Shown here one piece after another: positions 19,389-26,845 of a stretch of DNA of 43,893 bases. Source of the DNA: Pseudomonadota bacterium (GTDB lineage: Bacteria; Bdellovibrionota_B; Oligoflexia; Oligoflexales; RGVZ01); contig JAPLFV010000309.1 of NCBI GenBank assembly GCA_026390495.1, forward strand, positions 1-43,893, written 5' to 3'. Made by a program: the position numbers and the translations under genes. Under the pieces are notes generated by a model, which was given only the letters and a program-made list of their open reading frames with translations, made no database searches and was not told the DNA's origin. How positions within the stretch are numbered: position 1 is the stretch's first letter; each line of letters begins with the position of its first letter.

Positions 19389-19610
19389 TTAATTAAAGAA
19401 ATTTGAAATCTCGGTATTTAGTGCAATGGCTAAACGATGAAGCGTTTGAAGATTCGGACTATATGTACCGCTTTCTAGTTTTTGGTAGTGCCGATAATTG
19501 AATCCGTAATCCGCCATATCTTCCTGCGTTAATCCACGTTCCAGACGAAGGCGCCGAATATTGCTAGATAGTATCTTTAAAATTTTCCCATAATCTCGTT
19601 GAATTCTCAT
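19389..19610 (-). CDS. XRE-family (HTH_3) transcriptional regulator
   Basis: 73 aa. IRRLRLERGLTQEDMAD ... YQKLESG ... LQTLHRLAIALN is a canonical Cro/C1-type HTH. It lies 92 bp upstream of, and co-directional with, the 577-aa gene. Confidence 0.85.
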   Translation of the reverse strand: MRIQRDYGKILKILSSNIRRLRLERGLTQEDMADYGFNYRHYQKLESGTYSPNLQTLHRLAIALNTEISNFFN

Positions 19611-19739
19611 TATTTAACTATGATTGACACGATCTATAAGAACCACGTCCTATAAATTTCGTGGTCTTAGTTCCGAAAAACCATTGGCCTTGGAGATGGA
19701 CTCCAAAAGATCAACTCCTACAAAAATTGGGCGGATACA

Positions 19740-20690
19740 ATGACCTGTAACAGGTATCTTAGAATGTTGAGTTTGTGCTTCATATTGTTACTTTCAATTC
19801 AAGCGCGTGCAGATATTGGCTATTCAGTTGATGAATTGAACGCAATTTATGCGGGGAATGAGTTTGCTGCAAATTCGAAATTCAAAGGCAAACAAACAAT
19901 TATACGTGGTGTCATTGACAATATATCCAGGGATGCTATTGGTGTGCCGACAGTCTATTTGAAATCAAACTCGCGAGGAATACTATCACGCGGAATTGCA
20001 TGTAAATTTCTCAAAAAGGCAGAATCTCAACTCGAAAAATTGTCTCCAGATCAAATAGCTTTTCTTAAAGGAAGATTGATTGGTAAGGCTCCTATTGGCG
20101 GAGACTTGGTTGCAAAAGACTGTGAGCTAGTCTCATTGAAGGGCGACTTCAAATTTTCCGATATCAAAAAAATCAAAAAGCTTCAAGGTAGTCCTTCTGC
20201 TCCTTTCGATCTCAAGTGGGGTATGAGTCAAGAAGATGCAAAGAAGCTACTTTCAGGAAAGCTTAATTTCACTGGAGTAGAAGCCAAAGACTCGGCAAAC
20301 ATGAATATGGTTGGCGACACAATACAAAATTTTGAAGGTGAATTTGCGGGTTTTCCCTCTACGCGATCCCAATTAGAATTCTCTGCAGACGGTCTGATTT
20401 CTGTTGGGATTGAGATAGAAAAAAGACCTGGCAACACCGCAAAGGACACATTTGAGAAAGTATTACAAATGATCACAGCTAAGTATGGTCGACCTTCGAA
20501 GGAAATCAATCTCCAAGCATTTATTTGGCGCTATAATTCACACATTTACCTCTTGAGTTTCAATGCTGGGAATGATTCAAGCAGTTGGTTCGCTATGGAA
20601 GAAAATACTTTTTTAAAATTAGAAAACGCTCAAGACAGAAACAGCAAAGAATTACAGAAAAATCCTAAAGATCAAACTAACGATTTTTAA
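19740..20690 (+). CDS. secreted protein with an N-terminal OB-fold (tRNA_anti-like) region
   Basis: Signal peptide LSLCFILLLSIQARA. ELNAIYAGNEFAANSKFKGKQTIIRGVIDNISRD resembles the tRNA_anti-like OB-fold family. I do not recognise the rest. Confidence 0.45.
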   Translation: MTCNRYLRMLSLCFILLLSIQARADIGYSVDELNAIYAGNEFAANSKFKGKQTIIRGVIDNISRDAIGVPTVYLKSNSRGILSRGIACKFLKKAESQLEKLSPDQIAFLKGRLIGKAPIGGDLVAKDCELVSLKGDFKFSDIKKIKKLQGSPSAPFDLKWGMSQEDAKKLLSGKLNFTGVEAKDSANMNMVGDTIQNFEGEFAGFPSTRSQLEFSADGLISVGIEIEKRPGNTAKDTFEKVLQMITAKYGRPSKEINLQAFIWRYNSHIYLLSFNAGNDSSSWFAMEENTFLKLENAQDRNSKELQKNPKDQTNDF

Positions 20691-20986
20691 TCTGTCTTTG
20701 AATCTGCTCCCACAAAAACAACCTTTATTTCGCTGGCCTCTGAAAAGTCTACGGTCTTATCAATTGTCTTTCTGCGAGCATCGCAATATTCCAACAGTGA
20801 CAAATGCGCTTTAACGCGATCCCTAGGATTTTCCAGCAATTCAATATCTTGAATGAGCCGTTCGATAATATCGTAATCAAGTTCACGCAATCGTTCCGCA
20901 ACTCCAAAGAATTCGGATCTTTTATTAGGGGTGCCTATTTTTCGGCCGCTGCCTTCCGGCTTGTTGCAACCCTTTGGTCTACCCAT
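20687..20986 (-). CDS. hypothetical small basic protein (phage-like GRPKG/GTPNK N-terminus)
   Basis: 99-aa ORF convergent with the previous gene, overlapping it by 4 bp. The N-terminus MGRPKGCNKPEGSGRKIGTPNKRS looks like a DNA-binding tail. No family recognised. Confidence 0.35.
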   Translation of the reverse strand: MGRPKGCNKPEGSGRKIGTPNKRSEFFGVAERLRELDYDIIERLIQDIELLENPRDRVKAHLSLLEYCDARRKTIDKTVDFSEASEIKVVFVGADSKTD

Positions 20987-21084
20987 ATCTTAATTTACCT
21001 ACTTTAGAAAAAGTTCTTATTGCTTCCACATCTCGATAATAATACATCCTATCAGGATCAGTAAGCTTCCCACAAGATCATGGA

Positions 21085-22062
21085 TTGGAATGGCAGATGA
21101 CTCCCAAAAACAAAGCTAATCTCGGTGCATCGGCATTTTTAATTACTTACAGCAATATGACAGTTGATGAATGCCAATTTTTTTGGAACTCCGGCCTTAA
21201 AGATTACTTCGATATCGGATTAAAATTGCTTGAAAAAAGACTTGGGAAACCGAATAGCAATGGATTTGACGGCCCACTTTTTTCGGCCAGTCAGTTGAAT
21301 GACCTTCATTTATATATAGAGGATATCTTAACCCTAATCGAGTCAGACCGTGTATCGTGTTTGATCAAGGCCTCAAATCAAGCCAAGGTTAGTACAGGCA
21401 ACTTAAGGAACTCCAAAAGACCTGTTGACCAAATTCACAAATCGTTTTTAAACCCACAAAATGCAGCTTCATTTCGCTCCAATTTGTATTTAGCTCGAAG
21501 AAACCACAAAAAAGATTTCCTAATGAAAAGGAAATCAGTCAATCTCGAACAATTTAATGCCAAACTCCAATATAAAGACATCCGACTTTTTTCGAATAAG
21601 GTTTTTCGCAATATTCCTGGCGAAAAAAAAGTGCGCTATGGTGCTAATAAATTCAATGAAAGCGAGACTAGAGGAATTGCTGTCTTGTATATGATCGAGC
21701 TAATCTGGATGAATATAAAGCCATTTGTTAAAGGTGGAATCGCGAGTGGAGACCAACTTTCCACCTTCATGTCCTTAGCTTTGCAACTTCCTTCACTTTT
21801 GGATGAGTCCAATCGATTTCTTGAAAATTCAATGTCAGGGAAACTGAAGCGCAAACAAGGTAAGGATCCGATCAAACAGTTTATCTCATCGGAATTGAAG
21901 AATAATTCTCGCGTTAATACCAGCGTTCTTGCCAAAAGAGTCCTTTCTCTGTTTGACGAATCATCTAGCGATTTAGAGGACACACCTAGCCAGAGATCTA
22001 TTGAGGATTTGATACGGAAAGTAAGAAAAAATTTACGCGGAACCGGTTCCTGTAAAAAGTAA
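21085..22062 (+). CDS. hypothetical protein, first gene of the island's plus-strand operon
   Basis: 325-aa ORF followed by tightly packed co-directional genes. No recognisable motif. Confidence 0.4.
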   Translation: MEWQMTPKNKANLGASAFLITYSNMTVDECQFFWNSGLKDYFDIGLKLLEKRLGKPNSNGFDGPLFSASQLNDLHLYIEDILTLIESDRVSCLIKASNQAKVSTGNLRNSKRPVDQIHKSFLNPQNAASFRSNLYLARRNHKKDFLMKRKSVNLEQFNAKLQYKDIRLFSNKVFRNIPGEKKVRYGANKFNESETRGIAVLYMIELIWMNIKPFVKGGIASGDQLSTFMSLALQLPSLLDESNRFLENSMSGKLKRKQGKDPIKQFISSELKNNSRVNTSVLAKRVLSLFDESSSDLEDTPSQRSIEDLIRKVRKNLRGTGSCKK

Positions 22063-22142
22063 TAATATAGGCTTCCCTCCATCAATGGCTGGGAAGGGTG
22101 GAATGGTTTCTTGTCTTTCCCAGCCTCCAATCGGGAGGCAAT

Positions 22143-22364
22143 ATGAATCTAGAAAAACTCAAAAACAATCTGGAATCTAAACAACTAGAGGTAATCGATT
22201 TTTACCGAGGAATCGTCTTAGATCTCCTACAGCAAGAACTGGAGGGATGTGACGACTGGCACTACCTCAGGAGTCGACTGCTGAAGGCATTTGGCGATCG
22301 CGGCCTAGCTGGACGACTTAAGCAAGTATTGATTGCAGAGTTTAGCGAGGCTTCCAATGGATAA
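22143..22364 (+). CDS. hypothetical small protein
   Basis: The ATG at 22143 is preceded by GGGAGG, and the stop overlaps the next gene's start. About 73 aa, helical and acidic. Confidence 0.4.
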   Translation: MNLEKLKNNLESKQLEVIDFYRGIVLDLLQQELEGCDDWHYLRSRLLKAFGDRGLAGRLKQVLIAEFSEASNG

Positions 22365-22680
22365 GCAAAATTCTAGTTTAGAAGTTCGACAGATCCCCTT
22401 TAAAGAAATTGCCGCTTTGGCTCAAAGCAGATGCCGCAATTTGATTCCTACTATTTTGCCAGAAGGAGTCGAAAAGTCTGGCGAATGGATATCAAGAAAT
22501 CCTCGTCGAAACGACAAATCATTGGGTTCATTTAAGTTCAATTTAAACACGGGACTTTGGGCTGATTTCGCTACGGGAGACTGTGGAGGCGACATAATCA
22601 GCTTGATCGCGTACCTGGATCAATCATCGCAATTGAATGCGGCAAGAAAACTTATGAAAATAATGGGAGACAGAATATGA
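22357..22680 (+). CDS. primase N-terminal zinc-finger-like domain protein with degenerate (Cys-less) metal ligands
   Basis: GEWISRNPRRNDKSLGSFKFNLNTGLWADFATGDCGGDIISLIAYL matches the pattern at the N-terminus of P4-alpha/TraC-type primases, where the usual cysteines are replaced. ATGA overlap with the next ORF. Confidence 0.55.
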   Translation: MDKQNSSLEVRQIPFKEIAALAQSRCRNLIPTILPEGVEKSGEWISRNPRRNDKSLGSFKFNLNTGLWADFATGDCGGDIISLIAYLDQSSQLNAARKLMKIMGDRI

Positions 22681-24293
22681 ATCAAACTACAAGTAAGCCG
22701 AGATTAACTGCAGAGAACCGCGACATACCACCTAGTGTTTACCATCATAAAGTTCATGGAAAGCCACAAATTTTAGCGCACTATGCAAATGAAAATGATG
22801 AGACAGTTTTTTATGTCGCGATTTGGTACCCAAAAGGTAAAGACAAAATAGTTCTACCTTTCTGCTATGAGGCACAAAATGGCGAAGCTATTTGGACATC
22901 CAATTGGCCAACTAAAGCCAGACCGCTTTATCACTTGCCAAGACTGATAAGCAGATCAGCCAAGCCAGTTCTAATCGTCGAAGGCGAAAAGACTGCTGAT
23001 GCTGCATCCTTGATCTTCACAGATCTTGTCGTGACAACAACATCAGGAGGATCCAATTCCGCTTCAAAAACTGATCTATTGCCTCTATGTGGACGCGACG
23101 TGATAATTTGGCCGGATAACGACAAGCCAGGGGAAAAGTATTGCAACAGGTTGACCGCACTTCTGTCCAAGATCGGCGTCAAATCAGTCCGTGTCGTTAA
23201 CGTCCCTAAGACATTCCCTACAAAGTGGGACTTAGCAGATCCTCTACCTACTGGCGTTCAAGAGACCGATCTTTACGAGCTTATACAAAAATCTGAATCA
23301 ATCGAAGTAATCGATACAGATCGCGAACTGAAGCTAACTAGCTTAGAGCACATCGTAGAAGAGCCAATTGAGTATATTTGGGAACCATACATTCCACGCG
23401 GAAATCTTACAATTTTTGATGGTGATCCCGGGACGGGCAAATCCACTCTGCTTTTAGCTCTAGCAAGTGCAATCAGCAATGGAGTTGGACTGTCACCAAA
23501 TCATTTTCCTAAGGTTGGAAAAACGCTGTTTCTATCATGCGAAGATAGTTTACCACAAAGAGTGGTCCCAGGACTGAAAGCATATCAAGCCAATATTGAA
23601 CAAATTCTTTGGTATGAAGATGCTTTCACTTTAGATCAAGAAGGGCTCCTGAAACTTAAATATACGGCGGAAAAATGGAAACCAGATTTAGTGGTTATCG
23701 ACCCAATTGTTGCCTACATTGGCGAAAAAGTTGACACCAACACAGCAAACAAGGTTCGAGGTATCATTGGCCCTTTAGCAAAATTAGCTAGGAGTTTGAA
23801 TTGTGCAATCTTAGCCGTTAGACATTTAAACAAGGATTCAAATGGCGGCTCGCTTTTGTATCGCGGTCAGGGCTCGATCGACTTTATTGCCGCAGCAAGG
23901 TCAGGAATGGCATTTGTGCAAAATCCAGAAATTCCGAATTCGAGAATTCTAGTTCACCACAAATCAAATTTATCTGCTTTGGGCCCCTCAATTGAATTTG
24001 AATTTCGAGAAGGCAAATTAAGTTACCTGGGAGCTAGCCAGTTGACCGCTAGAGATTGGGCAAACTGCAATCAAACGAATCGTCCTTTAAGAGAAATTGA
24101 GAAAGCCGCAAAAATTATCCAAGAAACTTTGGAAGAAGGGATTAGACCGTCTACTGAAGTGAAAGAGGTAGCCAAGAAGAATGGAATCACCGAAGGCACC
24201 TTTTGGAGGGCAGTCAAATCAGAGGGAATAATCCGTAAGAAAAGTGCTGGAAAGAATGGTTGCTGGACCATGCAAGCCCCAAAGGCTGACTAA
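22677..24293 (+). CDS. Toprim domain + RecA-like (AAA_25/RepA-type) ATPase: primase-helicase replication protein
   Basis: Toprim motifs LIVEGEKTADAA and IIWPDNDKPG. Walker A is DGDPGTGKST and Walker B is LVVIDPIVAY, followed by VRHLNKD. Confidence 0.8.
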   Translation: MNQTTSKPRLTAENRDIPPSVYHHKVHGKPQILAHYANENDETVFYVAIWYPKGKDKIVLPFCYEAQNGEAIWTSNWPTKARPLYHLPRLISRSAKPVLIVEGEKTADAASLIFTDLVVTTTSGGSNSASKTDLLPLCGRDVIIWPDNDKPGEKYCNRLTALLSKIGVKSVRVVNVPKTFPTKWDLADPLPTGVQETDLYELIQKSESIEVIDTDRELKLTSLEHIVEEPIEYIWEPYIPRGNLTIFDGDPGTGKSTLLLALASAISNGVGLSPNHFPKVGKTLFLSCEDSLPQRVVPGLKAYQANIEQILWYEDAFTLDQEGLLKLKYTAEKWKPDLVVIDPIVAYIGEKVDTNTANKVRGIIGPLAKLARSLNCAILAVRHLNKDSNGGSLLYRGQGSIDFIAAARSGMAFVQNPEIPNSRILVHHKSNLSALGPSIEFEFREGKLSYLGASQLTARDWANCNQTNRPLREIEKAAKIIQETLEEGIRPSTEVKEVAKKNGITEGTFWRAVKSEGIIRKKSAGKNGCWTMQAPKAD

Positions 24294-24390
24294 AGCTATA
24301 ACAATACAAAGAACCTGGGGGGGTGAACATAACAATCTTAGGCATCTTGCCAATCTTATAAGTATCAACATCCAACCAAAGGTTAGCAAG

Positions 24391-24417
24391 ATGTCGAAGT
24401 TGTCGAAGATGTTGAAG
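24391..24417. repeat. three tandem 9-bp iteron-like repeats, (A/T)TGT(C/T)GAAG
   Basis: ATGTCGAAG TTGTCGAAG ATGTTGAAG are contiguous, inside the 180-bp spacer between the helicase gene and the excisionase-like gene. The same spacer also has ATAACAAT x2 and CAATCTTA x2. Confidence 0.5.
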
Positions 24418-24473
24418 TTTTGCCCCCAGAAATCAAAACCCATACGAACTAACGCGATCAAGAAGGGGCTTTA

Positions 24474-24761
24474 ATGAACAATAAAGCGCTAAAGCAAGGC
24501 AATATTCATTTAAAAAATACTGGAAATCGAATATCTCAGAAACAATGGTCCTATATGGCCAAATCTGATTCCCAGCTCTTTGACAATCATTCTTGTTTAT
24601 TATCCGCAAAGGAGGTCTCTCGGCTTTTAGGTGTGGCAGAAAAATCTGTCTACCGATGGGCCAAGGACTACAGAATCCCATGTATAAACATTGGACGATG
24701 TGTGAGATTTAGACCAGAAGACATAGAGGCAATTCGATCAGGAATGCGAGGTCTCAGCTAA
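24474..24761 (+). CDS. excisionase/AlpA-type (MerR-like HTH_17) DNA-binding protein
   Basis: LLSAKEVSRLLGVAEKSVYRWAKDYRIPCINIGRCVRFRPEDIEAI, immediately upstream of the integrase. The true start may be the internal Met at 24552. Confidence 0.7.
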   Translation: MNNKALKQGNIHLKNTGNRISQKQWSYMAKSDSQLFDNHSCLLSAKEVSRLLGVAEKSVYRWAKDYRIPCINIGRCVRFRPEDIEAIRSGMRGLS

Positions 24762-24776
24762 CAACTGAGGAATCAA

Positions 24777-25898
24777 ATGAAGATTGAAAAAAGAAAACGA
24801 AAAACATGTGTGAGGTATCGCGCTCGCTTTATGATGAACAATTCAGAATTTAGGTCATCATGGCTTGATTCTGAAAAGCTCGCTAAAGACTGGGCCTCAC
24901 AAAAACGGACTGAGATATTGGCAGGGCAAGTGAATACTGGAGTGGCTATGCCGCTTTCAATGTTCGCAGCGCTCTGGATTGAAAAGCATGTTGAGCCAAA
25001 CAAAGAACACTCGGCAGGAATGAGAGACAAACAAGTCTTAAGACGGCATGTGTTACCTAAGTTAGGTCATGTGAAGTTGCGAAGCCTTAACACTCAGCAA
25101 ATTGAATTTCTATTGGCTGACATCAAGCGAAGTGGTTTGATTAAACCAAAGACGATCAACAATTTGCTCGGGACAGTAAAGAAAATGCTCAACGATGCAG
25201 TACGGTGGGGAATGATCCAACACAATCCTGCATCAGCAATTCGACCGCTCAAGATTCAGCGCCAAGAAGTAACGACTTTTACCAGTGAAGAGACTCGAGT
25301 TTTGCTTGGGCATACTCACCAGCACTTCATTGAGGAGTATAGACTTATCGTCTTTGCGTTGAACACTGGCTGTAGGTTAGGGGAGTGTCTTGGTCTCGAC
25401 TGGAGTAAGGTTGATCTTCAACAGGGTACCGCACTAATTGATTCCATATTTGATGGTAGCCTTCGGAAAGTCGTTATGAGAACCAAAGGCAAAAAGTTTC
25501 GCAAAATCCCTTTAAATGAATCCATTTGTAAAGTTCTTCGCGAAATGGCGCTTGATGGAAGAAAGGCTGAAAGCCCCCTGATCTTTTCAAGGATAGACTA
25601 CGAGTATCTTTCACACGAGAAATTTAAACGAATATTGAAAAGTGCTGGCTTGGAAATGGCGTTATCAAGACGGGCAACATTCCATTCACTCAGGCATACA
25701 TTCGCCAGTGAATTTATGAGGCAAAGTGGAAATTTATACGACCTTCAGCATATTCTTGGACATTCGACGATTACCCAAACGGAGAAATATGCGCATTTCG
25801 CACCAAGCCACATGTTTGGATTAACCAATCGTGTGACATTTGCAGCACCGGTAAGCAATCTAATTGCGATGACAAAACTAGAAACGAAAGTAATGTGA
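24777..25898 (+). CDS. int: tyrosine site-specific recombinase (phage-type integrase)
   Basis: 373 aa with the catalytic signature TGCRLGE (Arg), HSLRHTFAS (HxxR) and LGHSTITQTEKYAH (His and the Tyr nucleophile). RBS is GAGGA. The gene ends 85 bp from the att repeat. Confidence 0.93.
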   Translation: MKIEKRKRKTCVRYRARFMMNNSEFRSSWLDSEKLAKDWASQKRTEILAGQVNTGVAMPLSMFAALWIEKHVEPNKEHSAGMRDKQVLRRHVLPKLGHVKLRSLNTQQIEFLLADIKRSGLIKPKTINNLLGTVKKMLNDAVRWGMIQHNPASAIRPLKIQRQEVTTFTSEETRVLLGHTHQHFIEEYRLIVFALNTGCRLGECLGLDWSKVDLQQGTALIDSIFDGSLRKVVMRTKGKKFRKIPLNESICKVLREMALDGRKAESPLIFSRIDYEYLSHEKFKRILKSAGLEMALSRRATFHSLRHTFASEFMRQSGNLYDLQHILGHSTITQTEKYAHFAPSHMFGLTNRVTFAAPVSNLIAMTKLETKVM

Positions 25899-25982
25899 TT
25901 TTTGTGCTATTGACGCATAGCTAGATGAAAAGGAATGAACACAGTTTGCCCCAAAATTTGCCCCAAATGGGCAATTTCAAGA

Positions 25983-26039
25983 CCTAACTTATTGCTATTA
26001 CAATGGAAAGTAATGGCGTCCCCAAGGGGATTCGAACCC
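25983..26039 (-). repeat. attR-type direct repeat: 31 bp downstream of tRNA-Glu plus the last 26 nt of the gene
   Basis: Partner of 14337..14393, matching at 56 of 57 positions. Confidence 0.9.
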
Positions 26040-26089
26040 CTGTATCCACCGTGAAAGGGTGGTGTCCTGGGCCTCTAGACGATGGGGAC
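26014..26089 (-). tRNA. tRNA-Glu (anticodon UUC), CCA encoded
   Basis: The reverse complement is GTCCCCATCGTCTAGAGGCCCAGGACACCACCCTTTCACGGTGGATACAGGGGTTCGAATCCCCTTGGGGACGCCA, close to E. coli tRNA-Glu, with anticodon loop CTTTCAC. Confidence 0.95.
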
Positions 26090-26139
26090 AGGACGAACAG
26101 ATCTCTTGTTTAGGCGGTCGGGAAGATCGGGAAAAAAAG

Positions 26140-26212
26140 TGAGCCCGGATGGATTCGAACCATCGACCCGTACATTAAAAGTGTACTGCTCTACCAACTG
26201 AGCTACGAGCCC
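26140..26212 (-). tRNA. tRNA-Lys (anticodon UUU), CCA not encoded
   Basis: The reverse complement is GGGCTCGTAGCTCAGTTGGTAGAGCAGTACACTTTTAATGTACGGGTCGATGGTTCGAATCCATCCGGGCTCA. The anticodon loop is CTTTTAA, and the acceptor stem has two G-U pairs. Confidence 0.9.
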
Positions 26213-26243
26213 GTTCACCGTCCCTAAAACTTCGAGGGATCCG

Positions 26244-26273
26244 GTTGTACAAAATAGTCGGCTAAGGTGTCAA
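26244..26273 (-). promoter_or_regulatory. possible sigma70-type promoter for the tRNA-Lys/tRNA-Glu pair
   Basis: On the minus strand: TTGACA (26273..26268), an 18-nt spacer, then TACAAC (26249..26244), about 32 nt upstream of the tRNA-Lys 5' end. The -10 element matches only 4 of 6. Confidence 0.3.
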
Positions 26274-26420
26274 CCGCAATCTGACCCTTAAAGCGAATAA
26301 TCATAAATTCCTTTCACCTTGCCTTTTTCAGAGTCATTGATCCTAGCTGAATTGTTTGCAAATTTGCCCCACCTGACCTAGACTGGGCTTAATCAAGACA
26401 GCTTTAGGGAGGCATCCGGC

Positions 26421-26744
26421 ATGACAATTATCAAACGCGATCGTAAAGATAGCGCTCTTGACCTTGTTAATGCCATCGATAAGCTTAATCCATTGTTAGC
26501 CGAGCAAGGCGAACACGATGCTGTCGTTGACCTAAAGAAAATCGCGTCTAATTTAAGAAAATCCGCTTTGGGAACAGATTTGTTTAATGCTTCCATTAGC
26601 GATTTGATTGATGCCTTTGAAGGTGATCATGAGCTTATTGCTTACACTCATCAGCGCAAAGACTCCAGCGAGTGGACTCCTGCTGAAGAGTTAGCAATCG
26701 CGAGTTGCCGAGTACTGAATTTAGCTCGACGCATGAAAGTTTGA
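26421..26744 (+). CDS. hypothetical protein
   Basis: 107-aa ORF with an upstream GGGAGG RBS. No recognisable motif. Confidence 0.4.
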   Translation: MTIIKRDRKDSALDLVNAIDKLNPLLAEQGEHDAVVDLKKIASNLRKSALGTDLFNASISDLIDAFEGDHELIAYTHQRKDSSEWTPAEELAIASCRVLNLARRMKV

Positions 26745-26845
26745 TTTAACCAATGCTCGAAGTGCACAGCGGCACTTTCATTGATTAACATAGTTTCCAA
26801 AAATTTTATTTTTTTCATTATTTATTTAAAGGAACCGTAGCAGCT

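Larger units (their letters stand above)
14337..26039. mobile_element. tRNA-Glu-integrated genomic island (satellite/IME-like integrative element), repeat period 11,646 bp
   Basis: Flanking 57-bp direct repeats. A tyrosine integrase and an excisionase-type HTH lie just inside the tRNA-proximal repeat, next to a primase-helicase replication module and accessory cargo genes. Confidence 0.85.

Noticed and set aside
19611-19739. Possible divergent promoter/operator between the XRE gene and the secreted-protein gene (TTGACA at 19634..19639; ACCACG...CGTGGT and TTGGAG...CTCCAA short inverted repeats)
   Set aside because: The -35-like hexamer has no properly spaced -10 (21-nt gap), and the inverted repeats are only 6 bp. 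This is too weak to call as a feature.
21636-22130. 164-aa minus-strand ORF antisense to the 325-aa island gene
   Set aside because: It lies inside a tightly packed plus-strand operon, is Ser/Leu-rich like a mirror frame, and has no motif.
24219-24681. ORFs 24219..24461 (-), 24244..24474 (+) and 24433..24681 (-) across the helicase-excisionase spacer
   Set aside because: Their sequences are dictated by the tandem and dispersed DNA repeats (for example the KMSKLSKMLK stretch encoded by the 9-mers). A DNA-level ori or regulatory role is more plausible than coding.
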